From NCBI GenBank assembly GCA_963845755.1, contig CAWJTV010000031.1, forward strand, positions 299,835 to 363,834: DNA of 64,000 bases, in the 5' to 3' direction. The position numbers and the translations under genes are program-made. Of the stretch, positions 58,333-64,000 are shown piece after piece (position 1 is the stretch's first letter; every line of letters starts with the position of its first letter). This DNA is from an uncultured Planctomycetota bacterium (lineage in GTDB: Bacteria; Planctomycetota; Planctomycetia; Isosphaerales; Isosphaeraceae). Below the pieces are notes generated by a model. That model was not told where the DNA came from, did no database searches, and saw only the letters and a list, made by a program, of their open reading frames with translations.

Positions 58333-58607
58333 GATGTGAACCCCAGTGAATCGCCAGCGCATCCTGACGTAACATCGATGGGTCTTCAACCAGGATACGG
58401 GACCCTGGGTGTGAACCTTACACAGCTCCTCCGGAATTCCTGTTTTTCCTGCAACGGCGCCAGTCGAGGGCGCATCGAAGTTGTTGAAAAACAGCTATGG
58501 TAAACTATGCAGCATTAGGGGCGAGATGTGTTATATATAGGATGATTGAGAATCAGTTGGGAGAATCGTTTACTCAGAGGCTTTTCGGAGCAATCAGGAT
58601 GATCGGC

Positions 58608-58686
58608 CCAAAGTCATTGTCGGACAAGGAGTTACGCCAATCATCGCATCAGAGCGGCGTAACTCCTTAAATGACATAGTGTTGCG
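58608..58686. repeat. Paired 11-7-11 palindromic sites in AT-rich intergenic DNA
   Basis: Perfect 13-bp IR AAGGAGTTACGCC (58626-58638) / GGCGTAACTCCTT (58656-58668). Confidence 0.55.
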
Positions 58687-58810
58687 GAGACAACTTCCCC
58701 TTCCAGGACGGTCCATCACCTGTTATTCCACCTGTTCTCAGGCGTACGGCTCTTGGGCGCTCTGCGCTCGGGTTGGGCGCATCTCCGACTCTCGACTTGG
58801 TGTGTTTAGC

Positions 58811-59939
58811 TCATTGTCGAAGTGCCGTAAGCCGGAGACACCGCGAGTTGCGCAATAGCTCGAGCCCATGTTGTAGAGTCGCGTCGTCAACCGCGTAGGA
58901 GATGCGAAAGTGCGTATCGCGGCGAGAAAAGACGTTGCCAGGGATGATGAGCAGATTCCTCTTGATCGCCTCGGCGACGAATTCGCTGGCGGTGCCCCAC
59001 GGGGCGCGGGGGAAGGCGTAGAAGGCGCCCTCGGGATAGGGAAGGTCGAAGTCATCCTTCAAGGCGTGGACAACCATGTCGCGCTTGCGGCGGTAGGCGT
59101 CGATCTGGGCGGTCAGGTCCTGGTCGAGGGCGACGACCCCGCCGTATTGCGCCATGCTCGGCGCAGACAAAGCTGAATTGCTGGAGCTTGGCCATCTCCT
59201 GGATCAGGCGGCTTGGACCATGGGCATACCCCAGCCGCCAGCCGGTCATGCCGTACGTCTTGCTGAAGCCGTTGACGACCAGGACGTCCTCATTCCAGGT
59301 TGTGGGCGAGAAGAAAGCGTGGTCATAGCAGAAGGCCCGGTACACCTCGTCGCTGATCAGGAGAATGCTTCGTTCGCGACACAATTCGGCCAGGGAACGC
59401 ATCTCGTCGGCCGTGGCGACGATCCCCGTCGGATTCGCCGGCGAGTTGACAACGACGCACTTGGTCCGCTCGGTCAGGAGCGAGACAACGCGACTCGCCT
59501 CAATGCGGAAGTCGGGATAGGTGTTGACCAGGATCGAGACGCCGCCGGCCAGGGTCGCCAGATGCCGGTACATTCCGAAGTACGGGTCGAAGATGATGAC
59601 CTCGTCGCCCGGATTGACTGCGCAGCACAACCCGAGGAGCAGCCCTCCGGACGTTCCCGCGGTGACCAGGACCTGGCGGTCGGGATGGCCGAACTGGTCA
59701 TCGACCGCCTGCTGAAGCTTCGTCCGCAGCTCCGGAATTCCCTGTGTGACCGTGTAGGCGTTATGGCCCTCGGCGATCGCCGCGATCGCCGCGACCTTGA
59801 CCGGCTCGGGCACGTCGAAATCGGGCAGGCCGATCGAGAGGTTGATCGGGTCCTTCATCGACTTGGCCATCTCGAACGCCTTGCGGATGCCCGAGGCGTC
59901 GATGTACTTCATCCGATCGGCGATCCAGGCGTCGTTCAC
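58811..59939 (-). CDS. PLP-dependent class I/II aminotransferase (frameshift ~59160)
   Basis: INLSIGLPDF, NSPANPTG, ISDEVY, GFSKTYGMTGWRLG, EGAFYAF, FRISYA. Confidence 0.92.
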
Positions 59940-59949
59940 GGTGGGCGAC

Positions 59950-60480
59950 TCAATACGTGATCAGGCTGAAGATCTCGGTGGGCTCGAGCTTGGTGCGACC
60001 CTCCAGGAACGAGAGCTCGAGGAGGAACGCGCAGGCGAGGACCTCGGCGCCCGTGGACTCGACCAGGTCGCGGCAGGCGCGCATGGTGCCGCCGGTGGCC
60101 AGCACGTCGTCGATCAGGAGGACACGGCTGCCGGCGCGAAAGGCGTCTTTGTGGACCTCCAGGCGGTCGCTGCCGTACTCGAGCTGGTACTCCATCGCGA
60201 CCGTGGCGTACGGGAGCTTGCCCGGCTTGCGGATCGGCACGAAGCCGGCGCCCAATCGCAGGGCCAGCGGGGCGCCGAAGATGAACCCGCGGGCCTCGGC
60301 CGCGGCGATGGTGTCGATCCCCCGTCCCGCAAACGCCCGCTCGAACCGGTCGATCGACGCTCCGAAGGCGCCGGGATCGGCCAGCAACGGGGTGATGTCC
60401 TTGAACTGGATGCCTGGCTTGGGGAAGTCGGGGATGTCGCGGATGTAGTCGCGTGGGTCGATCGTCGCGGCGGCGGCCAT
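59950..60480 (-). CDS. apt: Adenine phosphoribosyltransferase
   Basis: PDFPKPGIQFKDITP, EARGF, RKPGKLP, YQLEYG, IDDVLATGGT. Confidence 0.97.
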   Translation of the reverse strand: MAAAATIDPRDYIRDIPDFPKPGIQFKDITPLLADPGAFGASIDRFERAFAGRGIDTIAAAEARGFIFGAPLALRLGAGFVPIRKPGKLPYATVAMEYQLEYGSDRLEVHKDAFRAGSRVLLIDDVLATGGTMRACRDLVESTGAEVLACAFLLELSFLEGRTKLEPTEIFSLITY

Positions 60481-60704
60481 GGATGAGTTCGCTCCGGAGT
60501 CGCTCCTCGGTGGTAAACGGGCGAGAAGTCCTTACCACTATCCCGAAAGCGAGAGCGGTTGTCCAGAAGCGCGCATGCGCTCTGCGATCGCTGCGCGGCG
60601 GAGGGGCGGGGAGCTTCGGCTTCGCTCATTGCGGGGCGAAAGTCCACCTCGATTCCAGGGGGGATTTCCCCCGACCCGCATCCCGCACCCTCGGCCCCGC
60701 AGGC

Positions 60705-62003
60705 TCACTGAGACGGCGGAGTCGTAGGGTTGCCGCCGGGCTTGAGCGGACGGAACTCCTTGGCGGCCTCCTGAGAGAGCGCGGCCGGCGCGGGCAACTT
60801 GGCCCTCGACCCGTTGCCGACGGCACTCGGCGCGGGCGGTTGCGTCGCGTCGCCACCGTTGTTGCCCATCAGCTTGACATTGCCGTCCACGCGATATTCC
60901 GGGTCCTTCTCTTCATCGGCCAGTTTGACCTGTCCTGTCAGGCGATTCTCGACGGCGGCCGCCTTGATCAGCTCCTTGAAGTAGTTCTCCATGACCTCCT
61001 TGAGCTTGACCTGGTAGATCATCTCGTAGACCTGCTTGCGGACCGTCTCGTCCTTCAGGCTGATCCCCTTGGCCGCAGGCTCGATCGACTCGCGGCGAAG
61101 GATCACCCAGACCGCCTCCGCCGCCTGGATCGGACCGGTGAAGTCGCCGTCCTTGGGTTTGTGCGTGGGGTCCCGATCGTTGGGATCGCCGTCGACCAAC
61201 TGCTCGAATGCCTTTTCGCTGAGGTTCTTGGGAATTGCATGCCGGGTGATCGGTTGGCCCAGGAGACCCCCCAGGGACCGGCTGCTGGGGTCCATCGAGT
61301 GCTCCTGCGCCAGCTTCTCGAAGCCGCCCGGATTCTTGTGCAGCTCCTCCCAGAGCGTCCTCGCCGTGTCCAGCTTGTCCACCAGGATCATCCGGCAGCG
61401 CAGCTTGTCCCCGTACTGCGACTCGAAGGCGTCCTGCAAGTCCCGGGGTGTCACCTGGACCCGGTCGGCAGAGAGCTTCCGCAGCGCCAGCGCCGGATAG
61501 ATGATCTCCCGCGCGTACTGGGACGGACTGATGCCACGTTCCTTGTCCAGGGTCTTGAGCCAGCCCTCGCGGCCGATGCCGAACCGATGCGCGACCTGGT
61601 CGATCTCCTCGTCGATCTCCGCCGCGGTGACCGACAGCTTCTTCCTCGCGAGGGCCTGCTCGATCAAGGTCCGGTTGACCAGGATGTCGAGGATCTTCTT
61701 CCCCTCGCGGGCCACGCACTCGTCGGCGAGCTGCTGGCGCGAAATCACCTGATTATTCACCACGGCGATCGGGTCTGAGGGGTTGACCGGAATCCGCGTC
61801 TTCTGGAGGGGTGGCACGTCGATGTCACTCAGACGCTTGGGCCCGTCCGCCGGAGCGGCGGCTCCGGCTCCAGGGCGCGTCCGCGCCCCATCGGGACGCT
61901 GGCCGCCACTCTGGGCCGTCGCCTGATGGGCCGCGGCCAGCGCACCGACGAGCACCCCGCATCCCACCAACCCCAACCTGCGACCGCGATCCTTTGCGAC
62001 CAT
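60705..62003 (-). CDS. Exported SurA/PrsA-like parvulin peptidyl-prolyl isomerase
   Basis: Signal region; IAVVNNQVISR; CRMILV; FEKLAQEHSMDPSSRSLGG. Confidence 0.8.
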   Translation of the reverse strand: MVAKDRGRRLGLVGCGVLVGALAAAHQATAQSGGQRPDGARTRPGAGAAAPADGPKRLSDIDVPPLQKTRIPVNPSDPIAVVNNQVISRQQLADECVAREGKKILDILVNRTLIEQALARKKLSVTAAEIDEEIDQVAHRFGIGREGWLKTLDKERGISPSQYAREIIYPALALRKLSADRVQVTPRDLQDAFESQYGDKLRCRMILVDKLDTARTLWEELHKNPGGFEKLAQEHSMDPSSRSLGGLLGQPITRHAIPKNLSEKAFEQLVDGDPNDRDPTHKPKDGDFTGPIQAAEAVWVILRRESIEPAAKGISLKDETVRKQVYEMIYQVKLKEVMENYFKELIKAAAVENRLTGQVKLADEEKDPEYRVDGNVKLMGNNGGDATQPPAPSAVGNGSRAKLPAPAALSQEAAKEFRPLKPGGNPTTPPSQ

Positions 62004-62073
62004 CACGTGGCATCTCCCCATTCTCATCTGGGCGGAGCCAGAATTCGTTCAGGTTTTCTGACAATCGGGCCGA

Positions 62074-62102
62074 ACTTTAGGGATTCCTCGGGAATCGGTC
62101 AA
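62074..62102 (-). promoter_or_regulatory. Putative sigma-70 promoter of the PPIase gene
   Basis: Minus strand TTGACC-17 bp-TAAAGT. Confidence 0.5.
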
Positions 62103-62129
62103 TCTCAATTCGGCGGAGAGTGATCGATG

Positions 62130-63807
62130 GGGAGCAGGAACGCTAATGTCGCCACATCCGGGTGTAGCCAAACGTCAATAGGAGAACTCGACGAATTTTG
62201 ATAGGGTGGAAGGACGTTGGGGCAAGATAGCTTGATCATGGAGGATCGTCATGTTTCGCGGCTCGCCTACCGATTCGGCCCAGGATGCCCGTCTTCAGCG
62301 ACTTCTCGGGATGGTCAAGGAAGAATTCTTCGCGGTTGATCAGACGGGTGCGGGGCTCGACTTCGCCACCATCGAGCAACGCGCTCACGAAGCCGGTCGC
62401 AAGGTGGCACGCCTGCTCTGCGAGCAAACCGCGTCTCAATGCGCCGAGTCCGCCGAGCACGAGCAACCCTGTCCCGGTTGCGGCCAGGCTTGCGCCGGAA
62501 CCATCCAAGAGCGACCGCTGGAGACCCGCGACGGGCCGATCTCCCTCAAAGAGGCACGGCACTCTTGCCCGCGATGCCGGCGGGTCTTTTTCCCCCAATA
62601 GACCGCGCCAGGGCTTGGATCACCGCGGCTATAGCCCGACGATGCGGGCAATCCTGGTCGCGATGGCCATCGCCGCCCGCTCGTTCGCCGAGGCCGCGAA
62701 ATTGGCCGGCATCGCTGCGGAACTGAAGATCTCACCCCGCCACCTCCAGACGCTCTGCCAGGAACAGGGAGGCATCGGAGTCGATGAGCAAACCGAGCGG
62801 ACGACGGCCTATAAAGATCGCCCGTTGATGACGCCGACGACGGCCGCGAATCCGCCGATCGAGTTGGCCGCCGTCATGATCGATGGCGGTCGTATTCAGG
62901 TGCGCCAACCCGACCACGGGCCGGGGGTCCACGAGCCGGCTTGGAGGGAGACCAAGACGGCCGTCCTGCTGCGGATGAAGCGTCAGGTATCCGACGTCGA
63001 TCCACAGCCGAACCTCCCCACGTGCTTTGCTGGACCTCTGGGATCGGCTGTCGAGCTGCCACCGGCGAGTGAATCGGCGACCCCGGCCGAGAAACCGGAC
63101 TGGAGACCGGTCCCGGTGGTCCGCTCCGGGCTGGCCACCTTGAATGACAGCGAGACGTTCGGTTGGATGGCGGCTGCCGCCGCGGACCGGCGCGGCTTCT
63201 TCACCGCCACGGCCAAGGCCTTCGTCAGCGACGGCCTGCCGTATAACTGGTCGATCCAGCGTCGTCACTTCGCCGACTTCGAGCCGATCCTGGATTTCGT
63301 CCACGCCGCGGAACACGTGCACGCCGCGGCCAAGGCCACTGGCCAAGGCGTTGAGTTGGGCCGGCACTGGGCGGAGTCGTGCTGGGAAGGTCGCGTCGGG
63401 GACGTCCTGGGCGAGATCGCCGATCACCAAAGCCGGATCGATCCACCGACGAATCCCAAAGACGACCCCGACCATCCCTGGTGCGTGCTCGATCGCGAGC
63501 GCGGCTACTTGGAGAATAATCAGTCGCGCATGGACTACCCGCGCTACCGCCGGGTCGGATTACCCATCACCAGCAGCCCGGTGGAATCGTGGGTCAAGCA
63601 GCTCAACCAGGCGCCAAAGGGAGCGAGAAATTCTGGAACAACAACGCCAACCCCGAGGCCGTGCTCAACCTCCGCGCGGCTTGGCTCAACGACGACGAGG
63701 AATTCATCGACCAGATTCGCAACCGGCCAGGTCATCCCTACGCGCGGCCAGGTCGCGACACGCAAGCACCCATCGCTGCGTGAAAAATCATTAGCGTTCC
63801 TGCACCC
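62130..63807 (+). mobile_element. Insertion sequence, Mutator-like DDE (ISKra4/ISLre2-type), 1678 bp
   Basis: 19-bp IRs GGG(A/T)GCAGGAACGCTAATG (62130-62148, 63789-63807); 9-bp TSD TGATCGATG (62121-62129, 63808-63816). Confidence 0.92.
62251..63783 (+). CDS. Transposase (frameshifts ~62598, ~63610)
   Basis: CPGC...CPRCRRVFFP; IDGG, SDG, LDFVHAAEH, MDYPRYRRVGLPITSSPVES. Confidence 0.88.
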
Positions 63808-63829
63808 TGATCGATGCATCGATAGAAAC

Positions 63830-63859
63830 TTGAGAAGGACCCATAGGTCAGGGTAAGAT
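63830..63859 (+). promoter_or_regulatory. Putative sigma-70 promoter of the last gene
   Basis: TTGAGA-18 bp-TAAGAT. Confidence 0.4.
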
Positions 63860-63894
63860 CGTCCCGAGTCCAGATATCGGAGAGGAAAACTTCC

Positions 63895-64000
63895 ATGAAA
63901 CGCACGAGCAGGATCGGTGGGTTGTTGCTGGTCGTCATCATCTGTCGGGGAATGACCTCCACGGTCCGCGCGGCTTCCGAGTCGTTCGAGAGACACGTTG
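63895..64000 (+). CDS. Start of a secreted protein, truncated by window edge
   Basis: GGAGAGG RBS then MKRTSRIGGLLLVVIIC...VRA signal-like peptide. Confidence 0.55.
   Translation, partial: MKRTSRIGGLLLVVIICRGMTSTVRAASESFERHV

Overview
High-GC bacterial chromosomal window. Its gene content points to a planctomycete, probably Isosphaeraceae-like (inference): a PSD1/PSCyt cytochrome protein, DUF1501, two ECF sigma/Ser-Thr kinase modules and an 'EERTLLS' FG-GAP surface protein. About 40 genes are recognisable, including tilS, clpX, apt, a HK-RR-GGDEF/EAL operon, an amidase, a P450, an S9 peptidase and tandem Uma2 nucleases. A complete Mutator-like (ISKra4/ISLre2-type) IS with 19-bp IRs and a 9-bp TSD is also present. 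Many genes, including clpX, carry single-base frameshifts, most likely sequencing or assembly errors, so I merged split ORFs and their junction coordinates are approximate. The most interesting observations are: (1) four copies of a non-coding element with conserved asymmetric hairpin ends and a heptamer stem-loop core; (2) an orphan DUF4157 protein with a barnase/RNase Sa-like C-terminal domain; (3) a signalling operon bracketed by a duplicated ABC-ATPase 3' end; and (4) a kinase-TPR / giant FG-GAP protein / ECF sigma module. I found no rRNA, tRNA or CRISPR-Cas. All family calls come from motifs read by eye, not from database searches.
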